Source: a virus
UHGV virus genome: UHGV-0234047
Direction: 5' to 3' (one strand)
Length of the DNA stretch: 43,253 bases
Shown: positions 7,188-17,171 of the stretch, piece by piece
Numbering within the stretch: the first letter of the stretch is position 1
How the letters are laid out: the number at the start of each line of letters is the position of its first letter
Translations under genes and position numbers: made by a program
Notes under the pieces: generated by a model
Database searches by the model: none
The model's input: only the letters and a program-made list of their open reading frames with translations
What the model was told of the DNA's origin: nothing

Positions 7188-8196
7188 CCACCTCCGACAA
7201 TGTTATCGTTCCGATAATCGGTATCTGTTTTTCACTTATCGTTACGTTTCCTGTCCCGGAATTAAGCCTGAAATTGTCAAAATCCTCAACTCCTGGAATA
7301 TCCAGAAGGAGACTTCCCAGTTTCGCATAGCTCACACGATACGTTATAAATGTCATTTCCTTCAGGAATGATGTCAACTCTTCCTTAAATGCCGATTTAA
7401 CCTCTGAAATTGTCTTACTTCCATCCAAAACGACATTGGCTGATATATTAATAGGTAATGCTTCCGGACTGGATACCGTAACTGTAGCCCCGATTGGACG
7501 CACCGTTTCAATGTGCTTTAAAACTGTAGCGGGCAGTGCGGAAGAAATATTTTTGTCATCATCTACCACCAGGACCGTCACAGTTCCGGGACCGTTATCC
7601 AACGGAAATACTTTTGCATCCCCCACACCGGCCACCTCCAGGGCCCACTGCCTATAATGATAAGCATTACCTGATGTAGCCGGCCGTTTTATCTTTGCAT
7701 ATAGCCGTTCCCGAAAGGCGTCATCCGTTTCAGCATCCGTCCCCGGCGTATCAATTCCTCCAAGCGTCGCCGTGACATTAGATATATTGGATATGGGCTC
7801 CATATTTCCGCTGTATTGGTTTCCTATTTCCCCTGGGGTCTCGCACGTGATTATATATTCATTCTCATTGCGCTTACCAGTAACGTTATAAACAAGCCCA
7901 TTAATCCCCCATCGAGTACCATTTTCAATCGCCGTTGATGTCGTCATTATTCGCACGGCCGCAGTTGCTTCTTTCCTGGTCAGTCCATAGGTTGCGGCCG
8001 CTCTATCAAGATAATCCCCTATCGCCGTGTCAGCAAATACCAGGTCAAAGAAATGATCTAGTTGAAATTGCTGCTGTGCCAGGAAATACGCACACGGTGC
8101 CAACGCATCATATATGATACTTCCTTCACGTTTGTCCACTTCGTTGGGGACTTTATCCAGCATCCCCCGCAATATTTCTTCGTATGTCGCGCTCAT
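7168..8196 (-). CDS. Baseplate J-like protein (XkdT-like)
   Basis: 342 aa, in the position and with the composition of baseplate J family proteins of contractile-tail phages. Confidence 0.75.
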   Translation of the reverse strand: MSATYEEILRGMLDKVPNEVDKREGSIIYDALAPCAYFLAQQQFQLDHFFDLVFADTAIGDYLDRAAATYGLTRKEATAAVRIMTTSTAIENGTRWGINGLVYNVTGKRNENEYIITCETPGEIGNQYSGNMEPISNISNVTATLGGIDTPGTDAETDDAFRERLYAKIKRPATSGNAYHYRQWALEVAGVGDAKVFPLDNGPGTVTVLVVDDDKNISSALPATVLKHIETVRPIGATVTVSSPEALPINISANVVLDGSKTISEVKSAFKEELTSFLKEMTFITYRVSYAKLGSLLLDIPGVEDFDNFRLNSGTGNVTISEKQIPIIGTITLSEVDALEVG

Positions 8197-8585
8197 ACTG
8201 ACACCTCCTTCTCTATTTCCACGTCCCCATAAATACTGGATACATTAAAAGTGCACCGGCATATATCTTCCTTAAACTCAAAATCAAATCCGTCCACCTC
8301 TAATATCCTGTCGTCCAGCAATAGCACTTCCTGAATCATCCGTTTCATCTCAGCGCGGACATATGGACGCTCCTCTCCAATCAGTTCCTTCCACGCAATC
8401 CCATACTTAAAGCTGTAGATGGGGTATTCATATTGTTCTGTGGCAAGCACCTTATATATAGCCTGTTTCAGTGATTCCAGGCCATCCACAAAGCTTTCTA
8501 TCTTCTCAGCAGAAAGTTTATACGTCCTATCATAAAAATTCTGTTCCTGGAGCACCAGTGACGTTGTAAGTTCTGTCATACTCAA
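8193..8585 (-). CDS. Baseplate wedge protein (gp25/W-like, XkdS position)
   Basis: 130 aa, gene order. Confidence 0.5.
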   Translation of the reverse strand: MSMTELTTSLVLQEQNFYDRTYKLSAEKIESFVDGLESLKQAIYKVLATEQYEYPIYSFKYGIAWKELIGEERPYVRAEMKRMIQEVLLLDDRILEVDGFDFEFKEDICRCTFNVSSIYGDVEIEKEVSV

Positions 8586-8857
8586 CCTCCTATCTGATAA
8601 GGTTTCCCGATAATCTCCAGAACGTAGTATTCCCGACCACCATCATTACGCAAAAGCCGAACCTTGTCCCCGGATACAAGCTTCCCTTTCATATTCCCGG
8701 AAACCATACTCATAGGCAGGGGGAGCGAACCGACCATGATTGACGTTCCGTTGTAAGTGCCAAGCAGTACGGATGTGGGCTTTCTGGCCTTCATATAATT
8801 GTCCACGATTGCCTTGATTGTGGATAAAAGCTCATGTGCTGTATTCTTATCACTCAT
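8582..8857 (-). CDS. Small baseplate/tail protein (XkdR position)
   Basis: 91 aa, gene order. Confidence 0.45.
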   Translation of the reverse strand: MSDKNTAHELLSTIKAIVDNYMKARKPTSVLLGTYNGTSIMVGSLPLPMSMVSGNMKGKLVSGDKVRLLRNDGGREYYVLEIIGKPYQIGG

Positions 8858-9803
8858 CTGCCATCACCTCCACGGACATGGTATGGATAGGAAGGAACTC
8901 ATGGGTCACTTTCTTTACAATCAAACGGCGGTTCAGGTTGATATCCTCTATGCTGCCATAAATACTGTTCCCAGCCCTCACCCGGAGGTCCCCCAGGCAT
9001 TCCAATTTCAATGTTTCCTTCTCATGGTTATACAGTTTCAATAGGTTATTGGCACGCTCCTGGGCCTTCGCCGCGTTATCAATGCCAGATTGGGAAGATT
9101 CAAGATACTGTAACAGTCCATAACGATTGACTGATTCTTGGTCAACAGCTGTTCCAATATCAATCTGTCCGCTTGACTCGTTTTTCCAGACCACTTTAAT
9201 ACGGTTATAAAATTCATCATCTACGGATTTCTCCCAGCTGTATCCGGTGCATAAGCTCGCGTCTCCCAATACAAGCGGAGTTTGAAGATTGCGCATGTTC
9301 CATAAGCACACAGAACCATATTCATCCCTTAAGCAATACATCTCCTGTGTACCAAGTAACGTATCTGATATGGCCTGTACGATATGGTCAATCCATGTTT
9401 TTTCATAATCGGCAATGGCCGGAAGGACGTAGCCTGGCTCCTCCATGGTCCCCGGTTTTAGCGACAGGAAGGCGCACATATTCTGGGCCAGGTTCCTGAG
9501 CGTGCCATTTTCCAGGACTACTATATCCTTGTGCTTTGCGTAGCGCAGCTGGTCATACGCTTTAACCTTAATAATACCGCTCTCATCACCGGATACTTTA
9601 AAAGCCGTACCAAAAAAAATGCCATCATTCTGGTCATTATCTGTCAGACGGACAACATCACCATTTTGCAGGGTAAGCCCATTTTTAATATACGACACCT
9701 CCAGACTGCTTGCGCCATCGTTGAGGACATCTGACCACGATATTTCTGTGCACATGTCGGATATGTCATATATGTAACCTTGTGTTTCAACCAATAGCTC
9801 CAT
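8850..9803 (-). CDS. Tail protein (late control gene D / XkdQ-like)
   Basis: 317 aa, position between the LysM protein and the baseplate genes. Confidence 0.55.
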   Translation of the reverse strand: MELLVETQGYIYDISDMCTEISWSDVLNDGASSLEVSYIKNGLTLQNGDVVRLTDNDQNDGIFFGTAFKVSGDESGIIKVKAYDQLRYAKHKDIVVLENGTLRNLAQNMCAFLSLKPGTMEEPGYVLPAIADYEKTWIDHIVQAISDTLLGTQEMYCLRDEYGSVCLWNMRNLQTPLVLGDASLCTGYSWEKSVDDEFYNRIKVVWKNESSGQIDIGTAVDQESVNRYGLLQYLESSQSGIDNAAKAQERANNLLKLYNHEKETLKLECLGDLRVRAGNSIYGSIEDINLNRRLIVKKVTHEFLPIHTMSVEVMADE

Positions 9804-9811
9804 GTCGCCTC

Positions 9812-10474
9812 CTATGTCGGTATGCTCAACACTTGCCCCACACTTATAACATTGGGGTTTGCTATGCTATTAGCAGACGCAATTTTAGGATACTGTGCTC
9901 CGTTGCCATAGTATTTTTTTGCAATCCCCCAAAGCGTATCGCCTGATTGTACCGTATGTGTCTTATTATCGGTCACTGCCGGATTTACAGCCTCGCTATT
10001 GGCGGCTGTATCCTCTTGTTTAACCGTAGCTGTCGGGGTTTGGACCGCTATATAACGTTTACTTGCACCCTTGTACTCCATCAAGGTCAGGGATATGTAT
10101 TTATCCCCTTCCTCCCCTGCTTTTTCAATGACTTCTACGCTCTTTACCAATACTCGCATGCTGATATCGTCTGTAATGTCATTGGATGCTATAAATCTGA
10201 TAGGCTTTTTATTCTTTTGGGCCTTTTTAAACATCTTTTCATAATAGTCTGCATCTGACCTTGCGCCAGGCTCCACATACTGGTAATCCTGGCTGGGGAA
10301 CTCCGCCTCAAAACTGTATTCCTCCAGTTCGCAATAGGAAGGGATGGAGACCTGCCCTGTGCCAAGCACCTGGTAGGTCTCCACGTTTAGGTTTCGCGTC
10401 CGTTTGATTTCCTCCGGATTGGCCGGAAGCTTGTATTTCTTGCTTCCATATTTGAAATACACGGAGTATGACAT
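9812..10474 (-). CDS. LysM-domain tail protein (XkdP-like)
   Basis: C-terminal LysM motif [47 protein letters not shown]. Lies directly after the tape measure gene. Confidence 0.75.
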   Translation of the reverse strand: MSYSVYFKYGSKKYKLPANPEEIKRTRNLNVETYQVLGTGQVSIPSYCELEEYSFEAEFPSQDYQYVEPGARSDADYYEKMFKKAQKNKKPIRFIASNDITDDISMRVLVKSVEVIEKAGEEGDKYISLTLMEYKGASKRYIAVQTPTATVKQEDTAANSEAVNPAVTDNKTHTVQSGDTLWGIAKKYYGNGAQYPKIASANSIANPNVISVGQVLSIPT

Positions 10475-12441
10475 TATGCCGGCACCCCCTCTGGAGCGGT
10501 TGCAATCACATCCTTAAGCTGTTCTACCACGTGGCTCATGACACCGTCCGTATCCGCTTCCTTCGTGATTGGTCCGCTGAACTCCACCTTGATATTCGGG
10601 GCAAGGGTGTTCTGTGCAATCCTGGCCACGTAATCACGCTCCGCCAGCTTGCGCATCCACTCAATATCTTCTTTATCGTCCTTTTCAACTTTCATGGCCC
10701 CGCCTTTTCCGGTCCCTTTTACAACGGCCGGATTTCCACCCGTGGCAAACTGGTCCCAGCCCTTGTCATTGCCGCCCAAGTCCGGTACGAAACCAGAAAG
10801 AAAATTAGAAGCTTTATTACCAAGTTCGGCCCCCTTTTTATATCCTTTCGCTGTCATAGCGGATACGTCCATAAGCTCAGGCTGCTTAATGTATTCTTTC
10901 CAGCCACTTTCATCCTTGATGGATTCCATCTTGCTTTCAATGCCTGATTTAAAACCTTCAAGGCCCGATGTGATGTCTACCGTAACACCGGGAATCTTAT
11001 TGATTATATTTTCAATCGCCTTGGCCATGTTGATAACATAATCTATACAGGTCTTAGCCATGTTGAGAAAAAGCATCTGGACAGCCGCCTTTGGCTTAGT
11101 AAACACATTGCCCAGAAAATTTCCCAGCATTGCCAGCCCGTTCCATATTGGGAAAACGAATATGTTAAACAGATTGGCGGCCAGGAATCCAAACGCGCCA
11201 CCAATTAATCCGGTCGCACTTATGGATGTCCCTGCAAAATGATTGACGGCGGCCACCCCAGCATAAAATGCAGCAATCAATAGGATGATGGCCCCAATAA
11301 CCATCGTAATTGTAATATTGCAGTAAGTCAAAGCTGCATTAAGCCCATTCTGAGCCCATTCCAGCATGAATACGGCTGCACAAGCAGCCCAGTCAGCTGT
11401 CGCTTTCAATGCCATAGCCGCAACATTCTTCAACGTGGTCAGCCAGGCAATCCCCGCCGTCGCGTTGTACACCAACCAAGCCCCAGCCAGCCCCAACACG
11501 ATGGGCACAAGAATGTCCAGATGGTCTGCAACCCACCCAATCCCATCCAAAAGGGCATCAAAACCGGCCGCAGCCATATAAACCAGCCCTGTCAGATTCA
11601 TGATTGCGGCCTGCCCCATATCGGAATTAAGCATGGCGTTAGCTTTTTCAAATACTCCACCAAAAGCCTGCATACCAGCTCTCTTTATCTTGGTCCAGAC
11701 ATCCGCAAACGTCATGGGCATCTGGGCGAACTTTCCGTTAATATCATCCGCCGCGTTAAACATTGCATTCTTGATAATGTCAGCCGTAATAGCCCCGTCC
11801 GATGACAGTTCCTTTAACTCTCCTTTGGTAACGCCAAGATACTGCGATATCGCATTTGCTACCATCGGCGCATTTTCCATAATCGACCGGAACTCGTCTC
11901 CTTGAAGCTTACCTGCTGCCATTGCCTGTGTCAGCTGGAGGAAGGCCGAATCCTGTTCTCCCTGGCTGGCGCCTGATACCTTAAGGGATTTCTGTAAGAG
12001 TTCCGTAAATCCAAGAGCTTCCTCATTGCTTCCAAATGCATCGCCCGCCAGCATCTTCATTTTGGCTGTTGCGTTTGCCATCTCTACATAACTACCCCTT
12101 GACCGGTCAGCAGCAGCGAACACCGCCGCCTGTAAGGCCTTCTGCTCCTCTAGGCTTCCTGTAATCATGGAAAGGCGCGCGCTGGTATTTGTATACGTAT
12201 CCGTCAAATCCATGCCCTTCTTTGCGGCCGCCAGGCTCAACACGGTTCCGATTAGCTTAGTTAGTCCAGAATTGGCCCTGCTCGCTGCCACTCCAGTATT
12301 GCTTAACGATTGGTTATATACATCCGTTCCCCTACTTGCCTTCCTTACGGATTCCTCTGCCTTATTGGTACCTGTCACAATCTTATTAATCGTTGTGCTA
12401 TAGCCATCGAATAACTTAAACATAGCACGTAACGTTGCCAT
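10474..12441 (-). CDS. Tail tape measure protein
   Basis: 655 aa, Ala/Gly-rich, with hydrophobic central helices and the ..LQLTQAMAAGKLQGDEFRSIMENAP.. block typical of tape measure proteins. Lies downstream of the chaperone gene. Confidence 0.85.
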   Translation of the reverse strand: MATLRAMFKLFDGYSTTINKIVTGTNKAEESVRKASRGTDVYNQSLSNTGVAASRANSGLTKLIGTVLSLAAAKKGMDLTDTYTNTSARLSMITGSLEEQKALQAAVFAAADRSRGSYVEMANATAKMKMLAGDAFGSNEEALGFTELLQKSLKVSGASQGEQDSAFLQLTQAMAAGKLQGDEFRSIMENAPMVANAISQYLGVTKGELKELSSDGAITADIIKNAMFNAADDINGKFAQMPMTFADVWTKIKRAGMQAFGGVFEKANAMLNSDMGQAAIMNLTGLVYMAAAGFDALLDGIGWVADHLDILVPIVLGLAGAWLVYNATAGIAWLTTLKNVAAMALKATADWAACAAVFMLEWAQNGLNAALTYCNITITMVIGAIILLIAAFYAGVAAVNHFAGTSISATGLIGGAFGFLAANLFNIFVFPIWNGLAMLGNFLGNVFTKPKAAVQMLFLNMAKTCIDYVINMAKAIENIINKIPGVTVDITSGLEGFKSGIESKMESIKDESGWKEYIKQPELMDVSAMTAKGYKKGAELGNKASNFLSGFVPDLGGNDKGWDQFATGGNPAVVKGTGKGGAMKVEKDDKEDIEWMRKLAERDYVARIAQNTLAPNIKVEFSGPITKEADTDGVMSHVVEQLKDVIATAPEGVPA

Positions 12442-12453
12442 CTGCCCGCCTCC

Positions 12454-12633
12454 TTACATCTTCATTTTTGCGGCCTGTCTCTTTTCTTCCTTAACTCTCA
12501 AATCAATACTGGCATAGACTAGTGCACGCTCCCGCCGGCTCATAGACTCCAGAGCCGATGGGAGTAAATGGAGCTTTTGCAGGGCAAAGTGAGAATAGTT
12601 AAGTTCTGCATCGCCCTGCTCTATCAGTTTTTT
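12454..12633 (-). other. Putative -1 programmed frameshift extension of the tail assembly chaperone. Slippery heptamer A_AAA_AAC (rc of 12627-12633), then a 57-codon stop-free -1 frame ending at TAA 12454-12456, which is 12 nt before the tape-measure ATG.
   Basis: Translated by hand: ..EEAKN then LIEQGDAELNYSHFALQKLHLLPSALESMSRRERALVYASIDLRVKEEKRQAAKMKM-stop. Classic G/GT-type arrangement of tailed phages. Confidence 0.55.
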
Positions 12634-13025
12634 GCTTCTTCAATGTCGTCATTGATATCTTTATCAAGTCCAGACAGCTCCTGTACTTCCTGCATGAGCT
12701 CGGCATACTCCCCGATATACAGCATTTTGGTTAATAACTTTGCCTCGCCGATTACACCGTACGCTTTTTGCAGCTCATCACTTTTTAAGTCTGGCTCAAC
12801 TACGGCTGCCGCAACTAATTCCTGATTATATGCTACCCTGTCAAAGTATTCGACACCCTTTTTATCCTTTTTTGTGTGCTTGCGTATAATCTGTTCGTTC
12901 TCATCCTGGCCAATTGGTCGAATGACAAACGGAACTGTTTTCCCGTTTTCCTGGAATCGGTCAGACACACATACTTTCCTGTTTTCTGCCTTTATAGGAT
13001 TTAAGAATGCTTTTAAACTGCTCAT
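12624..13025 (-). CDS. Tail assembly chaperone (XkdN-like), 0-frame product
   Basis: 133-aa acidic protein between the tube gene and the tape measure gene. RBS AAAGGGG. Confidence 0.6.
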   Translation of the reverse strand: MSSLKAFLNPIKAENRKVCVSDRFQENGKTVPFVIRPIGQDENEQIIRKHTKKDKKGVEYFDRVAYNQELVAAAVVEPDLKSDELQKAYGVIGEAKLLTKMLYIGEYAELMQEVQELSGLDKDINDDIEEAKN

Positions 13026-13043
13026 ATTTCATTACCCCTTTCG

Positions 13044-13076
13044 TCAAAAAAAAAGAGAGGTCAACTCCCCTCTCTT
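13044..13076 (-). terminator. Rho-independent terminator/attenuator after the tail tube gene
   Basis: 8-bp stem AAGAGAGG / CCTCTCTT with an 8-nt loop, followed on the minus strand by T9 (rc of aaaaaaaaa at 13044-13052). Confidence 0.7.
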
Positions 13077-13551
13077 ACCTCATATTTTCTGGAAGCACGT
13101 AACTCTCCAGCTCGTCAACATCATCAAATGTAAAATCGGAATCCGTTGTGTTTAAATCCTCGCTTCCATCCTCCAGATATGCAACCGGGACTTTCGCCAG
13201 AATGCAATTACGCATCACTACAGTACGCCTGCCTATTGTGCTTCCCGTATCCTCGTTTGTGGTCTGGATGCTAATCTGGGGCGTCTTTCCTTCTTTGATG
13301 TACTGCTGGTAGATTGCCAGGGCCGCCGGGCTAACATTGTACATTGTTACAGTACCCTTTCCCTCGGCTCCAACCACTTTATGCTGCTTCATTCTGTGAC
13401 CGAGAAGCTTCTTTGCAATCACTGTAAATTCAATGTTTGCTTCGATTTTGGACAGTTCAAAAAAGTACCTATTCTGTCCATCCGTGGTTATGTATGCACT
13501 GCCTTCGCTGCCAGTCACCAGGTCGTTAATTTTTGTGTAATTTCCTGCCAT
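13075..13551 (-). CDS. Tail tube protein (XkdM-like)
   Basis: 158 aa, immediately downstream of the sheath gene. Confidence 0.8.
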   Translation of the reverse strand: MAGNYTKINDLVTGSEGSAYITTDGQNRYFFELSKIEANIEFTVIAKKLLGHRMKQHKVVGAEGKGTVTMYNVSPAALAIYQQYIKEGKTPQISIQTTNEDTGSTIGRRTVVMRNCILAKVPVAYLEDGSEDLNTTDSDFTFDDVDELESYVLPENMR

Positions 13552-13562
13552 TATGCGCCTCC

Positions 13563-14612
13563 TTATGAAAGATTAACTGTTATATAGATTTTCTCAACAC
13601 TGTCAACAGGCTGTATGGCGGCAGTCACAAGGACTGCGTCCGAATCTGTTCCGGCCGTAATTACTACATCATTCGTTTCAAAGTTCTGGATGGCCCCCAT
13701 ATTCTGGAGTGTGTTAAAATAATCTACCAACGCCGCCTTAAGAAGTGCCCGCCCATCATCGTTGTTGTTTACCTTTCCCACATAGTTACTTTCAAAAATA
13801 GTAGTGATGTCATTTGCAATATTGTCAATGGTACGGATGACCCGGTTCTTCGTGAACATCTTCCCCTTCTCCACCGTGACTGTGGTGAGGGAATTGATGT
13901 CATATACCGCTGTTACGTTCTGCGCACTGTCAGCCTTGAATATGAACTTCCCCGCCTTAATTGCTGTCTCCATCTCGGTTTTTGTCATCCTGGGGCTGAC
14001 ATCAATCGCCCCAGCATAAGTCATTCCCGTATTTGAAGTGGTAATACTTGCCCCGGCAGTTGCGCCCGCCACCCATGCGGTAGTCTCTGCTGCCGTCAAT
14101 GTTGTGCTGTCAGACATCACGACTCCCTGCGAGACATTTATAATTCCCTCGCTATCCGCTACATGATTGGCGAGGACGGCCTGGCATTTAACCCCCTCAT
14201 CGTCCCTCATAGCCTTAATCCAGGTCGCAATCGCTGCCTTGTTGGCGCTCGCTGTTTCCGGCGTTGTATCATAAGGATAGCACAGAGTGTTAAACTGCAC
14301 CGTTTTTAATTTCGTAAGCGCTGCATTAACCGCCTCTGTATTATGTGTTTTCGGCAACTTGTAAATCAATACCGTCTTAGCCTTTTTCAGCGCTTCTGCA
14401 GCCAGCTTCTTATCATCTGCTGTTGCTTTCTCTGGATATGCCTGCTCCGTAGCGGTGATGGTATACATCTGTCCATCCTTTCCTACCGTCATTTCCTGTA
14501 GGATAACTACGGTTCCCCTATCTCCCGGGGTAATGGACAATGGCTCATTTGTCCGGATATTTATGTAGGCTCCGGGCAGTACCTTGTTTTGGGATTCCCA
14601 TGTACCTGCCAT
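13563..14612 (-). CDS. Tail sheath protein (contractile tail)
   Basis: N-terminus MAGTWESQNKVLPGAYINI.. matches the conserved tail sheath start (..PGVYI..). Lies upstream of the tube gene. Confidence 0.8.
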   Translation of the reverse strand: MAGTWESQNKVLPGAYINIRTNEPLSITPGDRGTVVILQEMTVGKDGQMYTITATEQAYPEKATADDKKLAAEALKKAKTVLIYKLPKTHNTEAVNAALTKLKTVQFNTLCYPYDTTPETASANKAAIATWIKAMRDDEGVKCQAVLANHVADSEGIINVSQGVVMSDSTTLTAAETTAWVAGATAGASITTSNTGMTYAGAIDVSPRMTKTEMETAIKAGKFIFKADSAQNVTAVYDINSLTTVTVEKGKMFTKNRVIRTIDNIANDITTIFESNYVGKVNNNDDGRALLKAALVDYFNTLQNMGAIQNFETNDVVITAGTDSDAVLVTAAIQPVDSVEKIYITVNLS

Positions 14613-14615
14613 AGG

Positions 14616-15035
14616 TTACTCCTCCTTTATGTCTGTGTTCTGTGACATAGTTCGCATTTTTCTGCCTGTTGTTTCCAAATATTCTCTATAAGCAACCTCA
14701 AACATAAAATGCAGTATATTGTCCGTAATATTAAAGTTCCTGTTTTTGATTTTAAAATCCTCTATGCGTAATCCGCGCGTTAAGTCCTGGGCGATTTCCC
14801 AGCATTCTTCTTTTATATCGCATCCACCACGCTGCGCCGTCTCAGGAAAATAAGATACATCTACGCTCACCGTGTTTTCCAGTCTGCCATTGATTCCGCT
14901 TAATGGATTCTGTCCATAAAAAGATACCAAAAAAGAGGGTCTCACAAATTTTTGCGGGGCACCTTCCTTATATACGGGGCATTCCCGGACCGCCTTTAGC
15001 CCGGATGCGATATTTTTATACAATTTACTTATCAT
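14616..15035 (-). CDS. Tail completion / terminator-like protein
   Basis: 139 aa, between the HK97 gp10-like gene and the sheath gene. Confidence 0.45.
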   Translation of the reverse strand: MISKLYKNIASGLKAVRECPVYKEGAPQKFVRPSFLVSFYGQNPLSGINGRLENTVSVDVSYFPETAQRGGCDIKEECWEIAQDLTRGLRIEDFKIKNRNFNITDNILHFMFEVAYREYLETTGRKMRTMSQNTDIKEE

Positions 15036-15453
15036 GCCGCCTCTGTACCGCCTTTACCTCCTTTTCAAACTCCTTCTCCAGCTGTTTTCCGGCGTAAATC
15101 ACAGCGCGCTCTAAAAGGTGGTCACCCTTTTGACTCTTTACATATCCGGTGGTATTTCCATCGTCATCAACTGTCCTATGACCATAATTTACAAAGCTTG
15201 CATATTCCGCACTATTTACCAGGACTTTAGTTACTCCTCCGCCCTTTGACTTCACCGCTGGAGCCGATTTCCAATTCTTGCGATACCACCCAGTAATGAC
15301 TGGAGAGTTGTTCTTCGCATATTTTATACCATCGCTAACTGCCCGGTTGAGCACTCGGATATCAATTTCCCGGATGTCCTCCACCATCGCCATCAATTCT
15401 TTCCGGAATTCATCAATTGCTTTTTTATTGGCATTATAGTTGATATTACTCAT
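15025..15453 (-). CDS. HK97 gp10-family head-tail component
   Basis: 142 aa with a ..SAEYASFVNYG.. segment typical of gp10-like proteins. Gene order. Confidence 0.55.
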   Translation of the reverse strand: MSNINYNANKKAIDEFRKELMAMVEDIREIDIRVLNRAVSDGIKYAKNNSPVITGWYRKNWKSAPAVKSKGGGVTKVLVNSAEYASFVNYGHRTVDDDGNTTGYVKSQKGDHLLERAVIYAGKQLEKEFEKEVKAVQRRHDK

Positions 15454-15785
15454 GCATCGTCATCTCTCTTTATCTCACACTGCCATTGGTACGTGTATGG
15501 ATGGCATTCGCCCAGTGATACCTCGATTGTTTTTCCGGTTCTTAGCGTTATTACAATCCTGTCCCCTTCTCGTATATCCTCTTCCAGTCCACAAAATAAC
15601 TTATGGCTGTTCTGGATAGACGGGGCGGGTGAACCGGTGGCAACCTGGCCGGATGAACTGTAACGGCACGGCCTTCCAGTTGATATTTTCACAGTTTTCT
15701 GCTTTGTGAGCCTGTCGACCTCAACCTCTTGCCACCTGTACACGTCCATTGTGGCGTCGTACATTGCCTCATACGGATTATACAT
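15450..15785 (-). CDS. Head-tail joining / head closure protein
   Basis: 111 aa, gene order. Confidence 0.5.
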   Translation of the reverse strand: MYNPYEAMYDATMDVYRWQEVEVDRLTKQKTVKISTGRPCRYSSSGQVATGSPAPSIQNSHKLFCGLEEDIREGDRIVITLRTGKTIEVSLGECHPYTYQWQCEIKRDDDA

Positions 15786-16131
15786 ATCCTCTCAACCTCC
15801 TATGCCTACGCAGGCCTTTCTTATCGCTCTCTGTTAGGTTATAAATGCTTGCCTTGGTATTGCCGTCCGTCTGGGACCAGGTGATACTTCCGTCACCTTC
15901 TTTGATGCTGGCGACTTCAGGACGGTACCCCGTCCCATTGGCCGCCTCATAATCAATGATACCCTTGGCTTTCTTGCGAATAATTGGTTCCAAGATGTTA
16001 GGAATGCTTTCCTGGTCAAGATTACAATAATCACAGACCGAAAGAATGACATCGGAAATGAGGATATCCCGCGTATCATCCATAATGCCCAGATTATTCT
16101 TCACTGCCGTTTTCATTTCCGATATTGTCAT
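15778..16131 (-). CDS. Head-tail connector (gp6-like)
   Basis: 117 aa, immediately after the major capsid gene. Confidence 0.55.
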   Translation of the reverse strand: MTISEMKTAVKNNLGIMDDTRDILISDVILSVCDYCNLDQESIPNILEPIIRKKAKGIIDYEAANGTGYRPEVASIKEGDGSITWSQTDGNTKASIYNLTESDKKGLRRHRRLRGYV

Positions 16132-16142
16132 TCTATTTGCCC

Positions 16143-17147
16143 CTATCCCAGTTTGTGTTTAAATGCTACAATCCGAATCTGCTTCGGCTCATAGACTGGA
16201 TTCCAGTTTTTCGGGTCGGCCAGTTCAGTCCTGGACGGTCCCTCAGTTTTTGCGACAGAGGCACTGGTAAACGCGATGCCGCGCGGATGAAGTATACTGG
16301 TCCGTCTGTTAATCAGATAGTCCACGCCTGAGCCTTTGCGTTTCGCGCGGTCAGTCTCTGTCGGCACAAATCCTACCGGGTTACCATTACCTAAGGCCAC
16401 GGCCCCATTGCCAAACAGGTATGTCGTATATACACCGCTTGCAACTGGGCAGCCGTCATCCACAATGACACGCTTTCCCTGATAGGTACCAAAGGCAACA
16501 TCATTGGATGGCTGCACTGTGTCAATCAGGTTCTGTTTCTTCAGGTATGCCTCCGTAGCGCTATGCATACAGACACCAGTCAACTGCGCCTTGGCGTCTC
16601 CCAGCTTCTGTTCCGCGTCAATAAACGCGCTACCGCTCCAATTTGCTGCTGCCCCAGATTTGCCCGAGATATCCAGAAGGTTGCTTTCCAGCCTGGTTTC
16701 TGCGGGCGGCGCGCCAGAACCTCCTGCTGGTACGGTCCCGAAAATACCATTCAGGACTGCAATCAGTTCTTTCTGCATATCCCTGGCCCAGAACTGTGCC
16801 ACCAGCGTAGCAATGGCTGCCATAGGGTCTGAACCTGCCAATGCCGCGGACAAATCTGTAGCACTCCACATCTTAGCACGCCGGATAATGGCTGCCACAT
16901 CCTTGCTGGAAGAAATCTTATTGTCTGTCAGGTCTCCCCCCTCAATCACCTGCTCGGATTCGCCCGTCAAGTCCTCGAAGAATGGCATGTTGACAGTTGG
17001 AGCTGCCTGAGATGCAAGCGCGTCAAATTCGCTGTTATTCGTGATAATACCGCACTGCAAAAGCGCAGAAAGCTCCATGGTCCTGTTGATTACATAAGGA
17101 TTAAAAAGTTCGGGGACGATAACGTCCTGTAAAGTTGTTCCTGGCAT
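16143..17147 (-). CDS. Major capsid protein
   Basis: 334 aa, follows the scaffold gene. Composition typical of HK97-fold capsid proteins. Confidence 0.8.
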   Translation of the reverse strand: MPGTTLQDVIVPELFNPYVINRTMELSALLQCGIITNNSEFDALASQAAPTVNMPFFEDLTGESEQVIEGGDLTDNKISSSKDVAAIIRRAKMWSATDLSAALAGSDPMAAIATLVAQFWARDMQKELIAVLNGIFGTVPAGGSGAPPAETRLESNLLDISGKSGAAANWSGSAFIDAEQKLGDAKAQLTGVCMHSATEAYLKKQNLIDTVQPSNDVAFGTYQGKRVIVDDGCPVASGVYTTYLFGNGAVALGNGNPVGFVPTETDRAKRKGSGVDYLINRRTSILHPRGIAFTSASVAKTEGPSRTELADPKNWNPVYEPKQIRIVAFKHKLG

Positions 17148-17171
17148 TTAATCACCTTTTCCTTTCATGTG

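Noticed and set aside
10468-12403. Several plus-strand ORFs (10468..10947, 10649..11041, 11366..11581, 11521..11805, 11600..11905, 12167..12403) inside the tape measure gene
   Set aside because: Antisense shadow ORFs of a long Ala/Gly-rich minus-strand gene. No RBSs, and their translations are Pro/Ser/Ala runs typical of GC-rich antisense frames.
16504-17010. Plus-strand ORFs antisense to the major capsid gene (16504..17010, 16563..16832) and similar ones in terL/portal (19365..19700, 20698..21339, 21437..21843)
   Set aside because: Shadow ORFs opposite well-supported structural genes.
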